Shown here piece after piece: positions 29,719 to 39,278 of a DNA stretch of 64,000 nt. The first letter of the stretch is position 1. Each line of letters opens with the position of its first letter. Made by a program: the position numbers and the translations under genes. This DNA comes from Armatimonadota bacterium (GTDB lineage: Bacteria > Armatimonadota > UBA5829): positions 84-64,083 of the forward strand of contig JAPLCU010000041.1 in assembly GCA_026392045.1 (NCBI GenBank), in the 5' to 3' direction. The notes under the pieces are model-generated. The model was not told the origin of the DNA, ran no database searches, and saw only the letters and a program-made list of their open reading frames with translations.

Positions 29719-31257
29719 ATGACAGAACAAACCAACTTAATCCTCGATATGAAGTCAATAAGCAAGACTTTCCCCGGCGTTAGGGCCCTATCCAATGTGG
29801 ATTTCTGCGTGAAACCTGGTGAGGTGCATTCTGTGATGGGCGAAAACGGCGCAGGCAAGTCTACGTTGCTCAAAATACTTACCGGAGTATATTCCCTGGA
29901 AACCGGCAAAATTGTCTTGGACGGAAAGCCTTTCAAGCCGACATCGCCTGTTGACGCACAAGCCAAAGGCATCAGCGCTATCCATCAGGAAGTTAGCCTG
30001 CTGCCGTATCAGAGTGTTGCTGAAAACATCATGATCGGTCGTCAGCCAAAGAACTTCTTCGGCGCGATACGCTGGGGTGAGCTCAATAGATTAGCCAATA
30101 TTGCTATGCAGCGTCTTGGTTTGAATATAGACGTCACCCGCTCAATCTCAGATTACCCCGTTGCTATAAGACAAATGGTGAGCATCGCGCGCGCTGTCGA
30201 TATGAAATGCAAGATTCTGGTCATGGACGAACCGACCTCAAGCCTTGATGAAGGCGAAGTCAAGGAGCTCTTTGCCGTGGTAAGGAATCTCCGAGATGAG
30301 GGTGTTGGAATTGTATTTGTTACACATTTTCTTGACCAGGTCTACCAGATCACGGACCGGATAACGGTTTTGAGAAACGGAGAGCTTGTGGGCATGTTTG
30401 AGGCCGCTCAACTGCCGAAACTGGGTCTGGTTGGTCATATGCTCGGAAAGAACCCGGATGAGGTCCAAGCGCTGTTCGTTCAAAAGGCCGAATCTGCGCA
30501 CGTGGAAGGCAGCAAACCATTTGTTGAAGCTAGAGGCTTGGGAAGAGTTGGCGCTGTTAAGCCTTTCGATTTGGAGATAAGAAGCGGAGAGGTTTTGGGT
30601 TTAGCCGGACTTCTCGGCTCAGGGCGCACAGAAGCGGCGCGGCTATTCTTCGGCGCGGATAAGCCGACCTCAGGCACGATCGCTGTTGATGGTAAGAACC
30701 TCGGCAGGCTTTCTCCGAAAGTCGCTATAGATAACGGTATTGGCTTTTCACCCGAAGACCGGCGAACCGAGGGCATTATCCCTGACCTCAGCGTTCGAGA
30801 AAACATCTGCCTTGCTATCCACAAGAAAATTTCCCCCGGCGGCTTCATATCGCTCAAAAAGCAGGTCGAAATCGCTGAAAAATACGTAAAAGCGCTCAAT
30901 ATTTCCACGCCGAGCATAGAACAGCCGGTTAAGAACCTGAGCGGCGGAAACCAGCAGAAGGTTATCTTAGCGCGGTGGTTGGCTTCGCAGCCCAAACTGC
31001 TTATTCTTGATGAACCGACAAGAGGAATCGATGTCGGCGCGAAATCTGAAGTAGAGACAGCTATGAAGGATCTTTCGAAAGATGGCATGGCGATACTTTT
31101 TATCTCATCTGAGCTTGAGGAAGTTGTCCGCTCCAGCCATCGGGTGGCTGTTATGAAGGATCGGGCAAAGATAGCCGAGCTGAGCGGAGACCAAATAGAC
31201 GAGCAGGTAATCATGAGTGTGATTGCAGGGGGAGGGCAGCATGCGCAAACAAACTAA
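29719..31257 (+). CDS. ytfR: sugar ABC transporter ATP-binding protein with two NBDs, YtfR-like
   Basis: Duplicated Walker A / ABC signature (GENGAGKST ... LSGGNQQK). Confidence 0.85.
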   Translation: MTEQTNLILDMKSISKTFPGVRALSNVDFCVKPGEVHSVMGENGAGKSTLLKILTGVYSLETGKIVLDGKPFKPTSPVDAQAKGISAIHQEVSLLPYQSVAENIMIGRQPKNFFGAIRWGELNRLANIAMQRLGLNIDVTRSISDYPVAIRQMVSIARAVDMKCKILVMDEPTSSLDEGEVKELFAVVRNLRDEGVGIVFVTHFLDQVYQITDRITVLRNGELVGMFEAAQLPKLGLVGHMLGKNPDEVQALFVQKAESAHVEGSKPFVEARGLGRVGAVKPFDLEIRSGEVLGLAGLLGSGRTEAARLFFGADKPTSGTIAVDGKNLGRLSPKVAIDNGIGFSPEDRRTEGIIPDLSVRENICLAIHKKISPGGFISLKKQVEIAEKYVKALNISTPSIEQPVKNLSGGNQQKVILARWLASQPKLLILDEPTRGIDVGAKSEVETAMKDLSKDGMAILFISSELEEVVRSSHRVAVMKDRAKIAELSGDQIDEQVIMSVIAGGGQHAQTN

Positions 31258-32344
31258 GCCGACTGCAGCGCCCCGTTTATTTTTACACAAAGAAGGACTT
31301 TATAAGGCGTTATTACCATTTGTGGCATTGCTTGTAGTAATACTAATTTGCGCATTTTCCATGCACTTCATAGTTATTAATTCTAAAGGGATTAGTGTTA
31401 AATGGGCAGCTCTACTTGATACGCTGCTTGTCATCGGAAGGCAGGCGACTCCCGTAATATTGATGGCGATGGCTATGACATTAGTTATTGCTACGAAAGG
31501 TATCGACCTTTCGGTCGGCGCTGTTGCTGCGATTTCAGGAGTAACATCGGCGGTGTTATTATTGGCGCCGAAGCCTTTACCGTTGCCCGCGATTATCATG
31601 TTTTGTCTCGGTATAGGTGTGTTGGCAGGCATTTGGAATGGTATTCTAGTAGCCTATTTGAGGATTCAGCCATTTATTGCAACCTTAATTCTTATGGTTG
31701 CGGGACGCGGAATTGCACAACTTCTGCCAACATGCAAACCTGGTGAAACAGAGGGCGCAATTCTTACTTTGCCTCTCAATAATCCGCATTCTAACCCGAT
31801 ATTTGGGCAATTCTGTGAGTTGGGCAATGGGGCGTTCTTAGGATTGCCAAACAGATTCTATCTTGTGGCATTGGTGTGTGCTGTTACGTGGTTTATTGCG
31901 CGAAAAACTGTCTGGGGCACGTATATCGAGGCTGTCGGAAGCAACGAAACCGCATCCAAGTATTGCGGTGTGAACTCATCAATGGTGAAAGTGTTTGTCT
32001 ATGCGTTCTCTGGGGTTTGTGCTGCGCTGGCGGGTTTGTTGCTAACGGCACAAGTTGCTTCTGCTGATGCGAACACGATGGCTCTCAGAGACCACAATGA
32101 GCTCGATGTTATACTCGGGGTTATTGTTGGTGGTACGGCGTTTAGCGGCGGAAAGTTTAGTCTTTTTGGCTCTCTTATGGGTGCGCTCATTATGAGGACG
32201 TTGATTTTCACAGTTCAGGCCGCTGGTTTGAACTGGGGATATGCTTTGGCGATGAGAGCGATTACCGTTGTGATTGTGTGTTTGATTCAGTCGCCGGCAT
32301 TTAGAGCGTCAGTGGCGAATATTTTTACACGTAGGAGCGCGTAG
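31241..32344 (+). CDS. ytfT: sugar ABC transporter permease, YtfT-like
   Basis: Polytopic permease. Start at 31241 is preceded by GGGGAGGG. Overlaps the ytfR end. Confidence 0.8.
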   Translation: MRKQTKPTAAPRLFLHKEGLYKALLPFVALLVVILICAFSMHFIVINSKGISVKWAALLDTLLVIGRQATPVILMAMAMTLVIATKGIDLSVGAVAAISGVTSAVLLLAPKPLPLPAIIMFCLGIGVLAGIWNGILVAYLRIQPFIATLILMVAGRGIAQLLPTCKPGETEGAILTLPLNNPHSNPIFGQFCELGNGAFLGLPNRFYLVALVCAVTWFIARKTVWGTYIEAVGSNETASKYCGVNSSMVKVFVYAFSGVCAALAGLLLTAQVASADANTMALRDHNELDVILGVIVGGTAFSGGKFSLFGSLMGALIMRTLIFTVQAAGLNWGYALAMRAITVVIVCLIQSPAFRASVANIFTRRSA

Positions 32345-32348
32345 GATT

Positions 32349-33635
32349 ATGTCGACAGTTGTTTCAAATAATACTCAAAAAATATCTGGGTTGGCGAATA
32401 AAATTTTCAACGTGCGAACCATTCCAATGCTTGCAACCATTTTTGTCTGCCTGGCGCTTTATATTGTCGCCAGAGCCACAAGCCCTAGCTTTGGCTCAGC
32501 CTATGTGTTCATAAATCTATTTGTTGATAATGCGGCGCTGGGCATTGTCGCTGTTGGAATGACAATGGTCATCGTTTCAGGCGGGATAGACCTTTCGGTG
32601 GCGGGTGTGGTCGCTCTTTGTGCATGCGTAATTGCCAAACTTATGGGCGCTTACCACCTGCATCCGGTGATTTGCTGGGTGATTGCCCTTTGTATCGGCA
32701 CGGGAATGGGTTTTCTGACGGGATGTGTGGTGCGTTATTTTAAGATAGAGCCGTTCATCGCGACATTGGCTGGGCTATTCCTCGCGCGCGGAATCGCGTA
32801 TATGATAAGCAATGAGACTGCTATTCCGATAGAGCACCCATTCATGACCAGGATGACCGAGATCGGCTTGCCGATTAAATTTGGGTTTTCAGCGGTAACT
32901 CATTTTTGCGGTTTTCGCTGGGACCCGTTATGGATAGGTTTCCCTGCGTTGGCGGTACTTGCTGTTGTAGCAATCGGCCTGTATATTACGTTATTCACAT
33001 CGCATTTTATGGGATTGCCTGTTGGGCGAACAAAAATCAGGGTTTATGCTCTCAGAGGTTTCTTAGCTGCATTAGCTGCGACAGTGTTCACTGTCTGTCT
33101 TCTCCAATTGGTTTTTCCAATTGGGTCATATTGGATTGGTTTTCGTTGGGATCCTATATGGATCGGGCTGCCCGCATTGGTTTTGCTTGCAGTTGTTGCT
33201 GTTGGGCTGTATATTACTTTCTTTACTTCGTTTGGGCGCAATCTATTCGCTGTTGGCGGCAATGAGGATGCCGCGCACTTGATGGGGCTGCCTGTTGGGC
33301 GGACCAAAGTGATGGTTTACATGCTCAGCGGATTCCTTGCCGCATTGGCTGCGATAGTGTTTACGATTTACCTGCCCTCCGGCGACCCGACCGGCGCTGA
33401 TGGCTGGGAGCTCAATGCAATTGCCGCATCAGTTATCGGAGGCACTCTGATGACCGGTGGAGCGGGTAATGTGTTTGGAACTCTTATCGGCGTTATGATT
33501 CTGGGAATTATTATGTCCAGCATGGACTTCCATAACGTGAGCTCGTATTACGCAAAAATCGTTATCGGCGTGTTGCTGTTGGTTTTTGTAGTTTTGCAGA
33601 GATTCTTGAGCGGCAGCTCGTTGCGCAAGAATTAG
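32349..33635 (+). CDS. yjfF: sugar ABC transporter permease, YjfF-like, carrying an internal diverged tandem duplication (~32911-33138 vs ~33139-33400)
   Basis: Permease motif FGRNLFAVGGNEDAAHLMG is present only in copy 2. The duplicated ~76-aa segment begins GFRWDP(L/I)WIG(F/L)PAL in both copies. Confidence 0.75.
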   Translation: MSTVVSNNTQKISGLANKIFNVRTIPMLATIFVCLALYIVARATSPSFGSAYVFINLFVDNAALGIVAVGMTMVIVSGGIDLSVAGVVALCACVIAKLMGAYHLHPVICWVIALCIGTGMGFLTGCVVRYFKIEPFIATLAGLFLARGIAYMISNETAIPIEHPFMTRMTEIGLPIKFGFSAVTHFCGFRWDPLWIGFPALAVLAVVAIGLYITLFTSHFMGLPVGRTKIRVYALRGFLAALAATVFTVCLLQLVFPIGSYWIGFRWDPIWIGLPALVLLAVVAVGLYITFFTSFGRNLFAVGGNEDAAHLMGLPVGRTKVMVYMLSGFLAALAAIVFTIYLPSGDPTGADGWELNAIAASVIGGTLMTGGAGNVFGTLIGVMILGIIMSSMDFHNVSSYYAKIVIGVLLLVFVVLQRFLSGSSLRKN

Positions 33636-33689
33636 GAAATAGGGAATAGGGAACAGACGGGATTGATGAGTAAGAGTTCAGTCTTAGTG

Positions 33690-33775
33690 TATTTGTCATT
33701 CCGAACTTGATTCGGAATCTAAGCCTTAAGCGTAACATATCCTGAATCGAGTTCAGGATGACATGTAATTCCCGC
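33690..33775. repeat. family-2 structured palindromic element, copy B (hairpins TTCCGAA-cttgat-TTCGGAA and ATCCTGAA-tcgag-TTCAGGAT; end GACATGTAATT)
   Basis: Homologue of 18781-18870. Stems are conserved through paired substitutions. Confidence 0.6.
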
Positions 33776-33892
33776 AAGACTGAACTCTCTCATTGATGAT
33801 GGGCTTGAGCTCCTGAACCACTGAATAGTGTAAAATAGGTTATTCTAGAGTTGCCATTCATAAGGACGTTTGATGCTTTTAGAGAGGTATAT

Positions 33893-36610
33893 ATGGAGTT
33901 GGAGTTGGAAAACAATACTTGTTTGAATAGCGCTGAGTTTGATCTGAAGCTGGATAATGGCGCGGTTGTTGGTCTCAGGCGGGTGGAAGACTCATTCGAT
34001 ACGCAATATATCCTGCCTGGTAAGAGGCTGGGGGATGTTATCTTGCGCTATCGGCAAGGAGCTGGCGAGTGGGTGCAGACCGATACGGGTGTACTGGCAG
34101 GAAGCGGGCAATTGACCCCGATAACGTCTTGCTGCGGTTCGCAATATGGCGCTAAATATAATATTGATGATCGCTTAAATCTGGTAAGCCGATTCGACCT
34201 GCAGGGCGGCTATCTCAATTGGATAATTGCGATCAGCAACAATTCAGACCAGCCTATTGAGATCGGCGATCTGGCGCTGCCGTTTGAGATGAATACCGTG
34301 TTTGCCTGGAATAAGCCTGCGACTGAAAGCGTGTTCAAACATAGCTTTATATCCGGTTATTGCTCGTATATGTTTTGGATGAGGCCCAATAGTGTGGGGC
34401 CTTACCTTGCGATGACGACTTTCGATAATACGAAACTTGAGTTTTATGATGCGTTCAGGAGCAATACCGGCGAAGGCAGCTTCAAGGCTTATGTTCATTC
34501 CGCGGCAGAGGGCGCTATTGCCAAGGAAAAGGGCTGCAACTGGCGACAGCCCAACACCAGCCTTATTCTCGCTCCTAAGGGCTCTAATGGCGATGCTGCG
34601 ACCTATGGCTTCAAGTTCCAGTGGGCTGCGGATTATGATGCTGTGCGGCAGGTCTATGTGGATGAGGGCAAGATTGATATTCAAGTCGTCCCCGGAATGA
34701 CCATTCCCAGCAATCTCTTTGCCAAATTCTCCCTGCGGACAAAGCAGAAGATCAATTCTCTTGAGCTGGAGTTTCCTGAAGATTCTGAGATTGAATATCT
34801 GGGAACCGCAGACGAGCTTACCCAGCTTTTTCAGGTGAAATTCAAGAAGCTTGGCGAGAATCTGATTACAGTCAATTACGGCGATGGCTGTTATATGTTC
34901 CTTGAGTTCTTTGTAACGGAGCCCATTGAGACTCTTATTAAGAAGCGGGGCGCGTTTATCAAGAAATGCCGGCACAAGGACCCCAGCAAATGGTATAACG
35001 GTCTGATTTCTGAATGGAATATGGAAACTCAGGTTTTGCTTGGGCCTGATAACTACGATAAGATCAAGGGATGGCGTATTTACGAAGTTACCTGCGATGA
35101 CCCCGGGCTGTGTAAGCCGTCGTTCTTAGCTGCGAAAAATGCTGAGTATCCTGTTCAGGATGAAGTGGATGCTCTTGATTATTACATCGAGAACTTCGTC
35201 TGGGGCGGCCTTCAGCGCACTACTGAGGAAGAATACTCGTATGGCATCTACGGCATTCCTGATTGGAAAACGCTCAGGGACAGCGCAGACCCCGGTGCAA
35301 AAGGGCAGACGCATATCTGGCGGATCTATGATTATCCGCACATCGCTCTGATGTATTTCGGGATGTATAGAGTGGCCGCGCAATTCCCGAACATTAAGAC
35401 CAAACTCGACAAGATCGAGTATCTAAAGCGCGCGTATGGCACTGCAGTCGCTATGTTCACCATTCCCACAGAGACTAGAGATTGGAGCGCATATAAGACC
35501 GGCCTTTACAACGAGCTTGTGTATCTGGACATCATCGATGCGCTTGAAGCCGAGGGCATGAGCGTGCAGGCGTATCGGCTGCGCAAGCATTGGGAGAAGA
35601 AAGTCAGATACTTCGTTAATGATAACCCGAGCATGTTCGGTTCGGAGTATCCGTTTGATTCTACGGGTTTCGAGAGCACTCACGCGTTTGCCAAGTATGC
35701 AAAAGCTCATGCAGTTGTGCCGGATACTGAAGAAGGCAACAAGAAGGACATCATATTGCCTGAAGCGGCTGATAAGTTCATGGAGATGCAGACAGCGTGC
35801 AACATCTTCTGCCGCGGTTGGCTGGAGCCTTCGTATTTTCTGCTTGGGAGCGATTATCGAGGCTGCGGCAACACTGCTTACCTTTTGAGTTACATGGCGC
35901 AGATGGGCGGGTGGTCACTATTGGATTACGCTTTGTATCACACTGCTGACCCGTTCCCATATCTGCGGCTGGCTTATGCTTCATATCTCAGCTCCTGGGC
36001 TTTGATGAATTCGGGAACTCCCGAATCTAACTATGGTTACTGGTACCCCGGCGCTGAAAACGATGGCGGGGCAGGGGGCGGCTTTGAGCCTGCGCCTTAT
36101 TGCCATACATGGCTCGAGCAGCCATGTTCACGCGGTTCATGGTACTATTCGTGCGAGATCGATCTTGGTTTCAGCGGCGCATTAAGGGCTGCTGCGACCG
36201 TGCTTGCGGATGACCCGCTCTTTGGCATGTTCTGTTATGGCGGAGACTTTGAAAAGATAATTGGCGGCATCAATATCCATCCTAAAGATGGCTTGCGGAG
36301 ACGTTTCCACGCTGTGATGGCAAATCAACGTCTTCATATAGAATTGGCGAGCGATCACTTTGATTCTGAAGCTCCGATCTATCTAGCCGATAATTTCTCT
36401 GAGATCAGGTTTTGCATTGAGAACGAAGGCGGCCATTCACATGAAACAAAATTGCGGCTTTCGGGTATGAAAGCAGGGAAATACGTTGTCTGTGTGGAAG
36501 AAAGTACTAAGGAATGTTATAATGTAACAGATCAAGGCGATCTGCAAATCTCTTTGCCATTAGCAAGCAAAAAACAAGTCGCTTGCGTTGCAATCAAAAG
36601 GGCTATCTAA
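33893..36610 (+). CDS. large hypothetical cytoplasmic protein (905 aa) with no signal peptide and no recognised domain
   Basis: GAGAGG SD 5 nt before the ATG at 33893. Long uninterrupted ORF with normal codon usage. Lower GC than the flanks. Confidence 0.65.
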   Translation: MELELENNTCLNSAEFDLKLDNGAVVGLRRVEDSFDTQYILPGKRLGDVILRYRQGAGEWVQTDTGVLAGSGQLTPITSCCGSQYGAKYNIDDRLNLVSRFDLQGGYLNWIIAISNNSDQPIEIGDLALPFEMNTVFAWNKPATESVFKHSFISGYCSYMFWMRPNSVGPYLAMTTFDNTKLEFYDAFRSNTGEGSFKAYVHSAAEGAIAKEKGCNWRQPNTSLILAPKGSNGDAATYGFKFQWAADYDAVRQVYVDEGKIDIQVVPGMTIPSNLFAKFSLRTKQKINSLELEFPEDSEIEYLGTADELTQLFQVKFKKLGENLITVNYGDGCYMFLEFFVTEPIETLIKKRGAFIKKCRHKDPSKWYNGLISEWNMETQVLLGPDNYDKIKGWRIYEVTCDDPGLCKPSFLAAKNAEYPVQDEVDALDYYIENFVWGGLQRTTEEEYSYGIYGIPDWKTLRDSADPGAKGQTHIWRIYDYPHIALMYFGMYRVAAQFPNIKTKLDKIEYLKRAYGTAVAMFTIPTETRDWSAYKTGLYNELVYLDIIDALEAEGMSVQAYRLRKHWEKKVRYFVNDNPSMFGSEYPFDSTGFESTHAFAKYAKAHAVVPDTEEGNKKDIILPEAADKFMEMQTACNIFCRGWLEPSYFLLGSDYRGCGNTAYLLSYMAQMGGWSLLDYALYHTADPFPYLRLAYASYLSSWALMNSGTPESNYGYWYPGAENDGGAGGGFEPAPYCHTWLEQPCSRGSWYYSCEIDLGFSGALRAAATVLADDPLFGMFCYGGDFEKIIGGINIHPKDGLRRRFHAVMANQRLHIELASDHFDSEAPIYLADNFSEIRFCIENEGGHSHETKLRLSGMKAGKYVVCVEESTKECYNVTDQGDLQISLPLASKKQVACVAIKRAI

Positions 36611-36722
36611 TTCAGTAGCTTAAGTTTTGATTCAGTATATTTTTCAGTAAGTAATTCATACTGGCTGTGGGCAGGCAGAAATGTATTATGGTTATTGCTT
36701 CAAAAGCCAGGAGGTATAAACT

Positions 36723-37400
36723 ATGTCGAAAGTAAAAATGAAACGTGGATTTTCTTTGATTGAGCTGTTGGTGGTCATTGGAATTATAGCCATTTTGGCT
36801 GCGATACTTTTTCCAATGCTCACCAAAACTCGTGAGAAAAGCAAGCAAGTCAAGTGCATGAATAATGCGGCTCAGATGGGCAAGGGCTTCAAGATGTACG
36901 GCCAAGATTGGGACAACAAGTTTCCCATCAGCGCAGAGGTCAATAACGGTAAGGGCCAGTGCTTGCTCTACGATGACCTGAAAAAATACATATCCAACAA
37001 TTACAACCTGTTTATATGTCCAGCTGATACAGGCGATGCTTTGATCGGTTTGAGTAGTGCGCCCTACTGGAAGGGATATTTTGGATCAAGTTGGGCGTGG
37101 CCTAATGCTTATTCAGGTGGAAAATGGGTTTGTGGTTTCTCTCAGGATAATCCGCGGCCGTCATCCGGAACTTACAACTGGGCTCAACTTATGCCTTTAA
37201 CTAGACGCCCTGTAGTATTCGATCATCGCCCGTGGCATTGGGGTGTGAAAGGGCAGACCGTAGGTGATTGGGGTAACATCTCAGGAAAATGTAGTGTTCT
37301 CTGGTGCGATGGGCATGTGGGTATGTGTGGATACAAAACGATGTTAGCAATTATGGAGGCGGGAGGCAGCACCACTATGCCAACTGGACTTGAGTGGTAG
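36723..37400 (+). CDS. prepilin-type N-terminal cleavage/methylation domain protein of the DUF1559/H-X9-DG class
   Basis: N-terminal KRGFSLIELLVVIGIIAILAAILFP. C-terminal ...SVLWCDGHVG. AGGAGG RBS. Confidence 0.8.
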   Translation: MSKVKMKRGFSLIELLVVIGIIAILAAILFPMLTKTREKSKQVKCMNNAAQMGKGFKMYGQDWDNKFPISAEVNNGKGQCLLYDDLKKYISNNYNLFICPADTGDALIGLSSAPYWKGYFGSSWAWPNAYSGGKWVCGFSQDNPRPSSGTYNWAQLMPLTRRPVVFDHRPWHWGVKGQTVGDWGNISGKCSVLWCDGHVGMCGYKTMLAIMEAGGSTTMPTGLEW

Positions 37401-37431
37401 TTGTTGATAGTGTAAGCTGAATAGGTAATAA

Positions 37432-37478
37432 AAAGCTGCACCATGGTTTAGTGATTCTTGGTGCAGCTTATTTATTTC
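37432..37478. terminator. bidirectional rho-independent terminator between convergent genes
   Basis: AAAGCTGCACCA-15 nt-TGGTGCAGCTT flanked by A-rich and T-rich runs. Confidence 0.65.
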
Positions 37479-37496
37479 AATACAATCGAATATTCA

Positions 37497-38417
37497 TTAC
37501 GCGCTGGCTGATATCGGCGATGGTGTCTCATCGTCAGATTCAGGCATGGTCGGTTTGCCAGGCTTACCAGAGCCCAAACGCCAAATGATAAGATAGATCA
37601 GGCTGCCTATTCCAATTAGGCCAAGTCCGACCCATCCGCTTTGCCAGTTCCACAAGAACGGGATTTTTGCTGGCCACCATTTTTCCTTCAGAAACTCGAT
37701 GTTTTGCAGCAGAATCGACATGCGGGTCATAATCGTATTGCCGAAAAATCCACCGAATAGGATCATCAATAACCATCGGCCAACTTCAGCAGTTCTCTTC
37801 ACCACAGGATTTGAGTGGTCGAATGAGAACAAGAAATACACCATTACCGTTATTACACCAACAAGAAAAATGATGTTGCTAATGGATTGCCAAAAGTCGA
37901 ATGGCACACCGCCACCCAGAAATGGCTGCCCATTAGGCCAGATTGCAGAATGCGCCCCAGAGATGAGCGGTCTGGCTGAGTCTATGATTTGAGGCACATT
38001 TGGCAGCAATTGCTGCTTGAAAATGATGCCTCCATTGGCGCCGACGGTGATGCCAATAACGATTCTTGAAAGCCACATATACTTTCTGCTGGTTTGGAAA
38101 TACCAGAGAGATCCCAAAAGCCCCAAAGACAAGAACAGGATAAACGTTCCAGGGTTATCCACGACGCACCGTATAAAAGAACCAATCCAACTGCTGCTTT
38201 TGTAGTTTGGAATTAGTCCGCAGAACTTATCCCACCACAGCGGCCCCAGAACCTGTTTCCACGTTACGATAAGAGTATATCCCGTTCCAATGCCGATGCA
38301 GGTATTGAGCACAATTCTATAGATCTTGTTGTCATTATACAGGAACGAATATATCGATAGAACAATAACTACGCTTATCCATGCCTGAAGGAGTAGTTTC
38401 ATCGATTCATCAATCAT
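37497..38417 (-). CDS. polytopic integral membrane protein (unknown function)
   Basis: Multiple TM helices. Start ATG (MIDESMK) overlaps the upstream stop (ATGATTGA). ~40% GC. Confidence 0.6.
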   Translation of the reverse strand: MIDESMKLLLQAWISVVIVLSIYSFLYNDNKIYRIVLNTCIGIGTGYTLIVTWKQVLGPLWWDKFCGLIPNYKSSSWIGSFIRCVVDNPGTFILFLSLGLLGSLWYFQTSRKYMWLSRIVIGITVGANGGIIFKQQLLPNVPQIIDSARPLISGAHSAIWPNGQPFLGGGVPFDFWQSISNIIFLVGVITVMVYFLFSFDHSNPVVKRTAEVGRWLLMILFGGFFGNTIMTRMSILLQNIEFLKEKWWPAKIPFLWNWQSGWVGLGLIGIGSLIYLIIWRLGSGKPGKPTMPESDDETPSPISASA

Positions 38418-39276
38418 TGTTGGCCTTCTTTCGTTTAGCGGCAAAATAACCAATATTGCCGAGCACAATAGCAAAAATAATGACTAAGTGCCCGTATGCC
38501 AAAGGTAGGATAAGTTTGGAACCATAGTTTTTGCGGTCTGTAATACTATTCGGGTGCAGCAATTTATCATACTCTGCCCCACCGCGAGCTCCGACCAAGA
38601 ACCCTGCAACCTGCCCGGACGGCATATATCTGTATATCGTAGTTGAGCTGATTCCGCCGCCGCCAAACACCAATTTGGTGCCATAGACCTCATGTATAAA
38701 TCCAATGTAGTCTTCAGATGGCCAGTAGTTTGTGCTGGTTAAGAGCCCAACATCATTAATGTTATTAAGATTCTTCGTGATGGGAATATCTGTGGTATAA
38801 TGTCCTTTTACGTCTTTTTCGAACTGTTTCTTAAAGTCTTTGGCAAATAGTTGCATAGCGAACGCGCCACCCTTGGTGATGCCCAGATTGACCCAGTCAA
38901 CACCATACTCTATATCTTTGAACTCTGGATGGCTCGCAATTAACTTTTTAATAATATCGTCAGTGTAGCTGGGAGCCAACGCATCGCCATCCAGAGCAAA
39001 AACCACGAACTTCTGCCTGTTTCGCAGAAGATGCTCGAAAAGGGCTTCTGTTTGTCCTTTGTTTTCACCCACAGAGCCAGGTCCCCAAGGACTGTCAACA
39101 AGCACAATCTTGTCTTTCGGAACGCTTTGCACGGCGTCATAGTAAGCCTGCGTTTCAGGCGAAACATAGACGTCAATGTCAACAGGCCGAATGAACGGTA
39201 TTGTACAGGCAATGGCGACGAAGAGATAAATCCATCTTCTGTCCATTGTCTGGAGTCTTGCGAGAAAATCTAACAT
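38410..39276 (-). CDS. bitopic membrane protein: N-terminal TM, ~220-aa soluble domain, C-terminal TM
   Basis: Hydropathy pattern only. No recognisable motif. Confidence 0.55.
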   Translation of the reverse strand: MLDFLARLQTMDRRWIYLFVAIACTIPFIRPVDIDVYVSPETQAYYDAVQSVPKDKIVLVDSPWGPGSVGENKGQTEALFEHLLRNRQKFVVFALDGDALAPSYTDDIIKKLIASHPEFKDIEYGVDWVNLGITKGGAFAMQLFAKDFKKQFEKDVKGHYTTDIPITKNLNNINDVGLLTSTNYWPSEDYIGFIHEVYGTKLVFGGGGISSTTIYRYMPSGQVAGFLVGARGGAEYDKLLHPNSITDRKNYGSKLILPLAYGHLVIIFAIVLGNIGYFAAKRKKANND

Positions 39277-39278
39277 AG

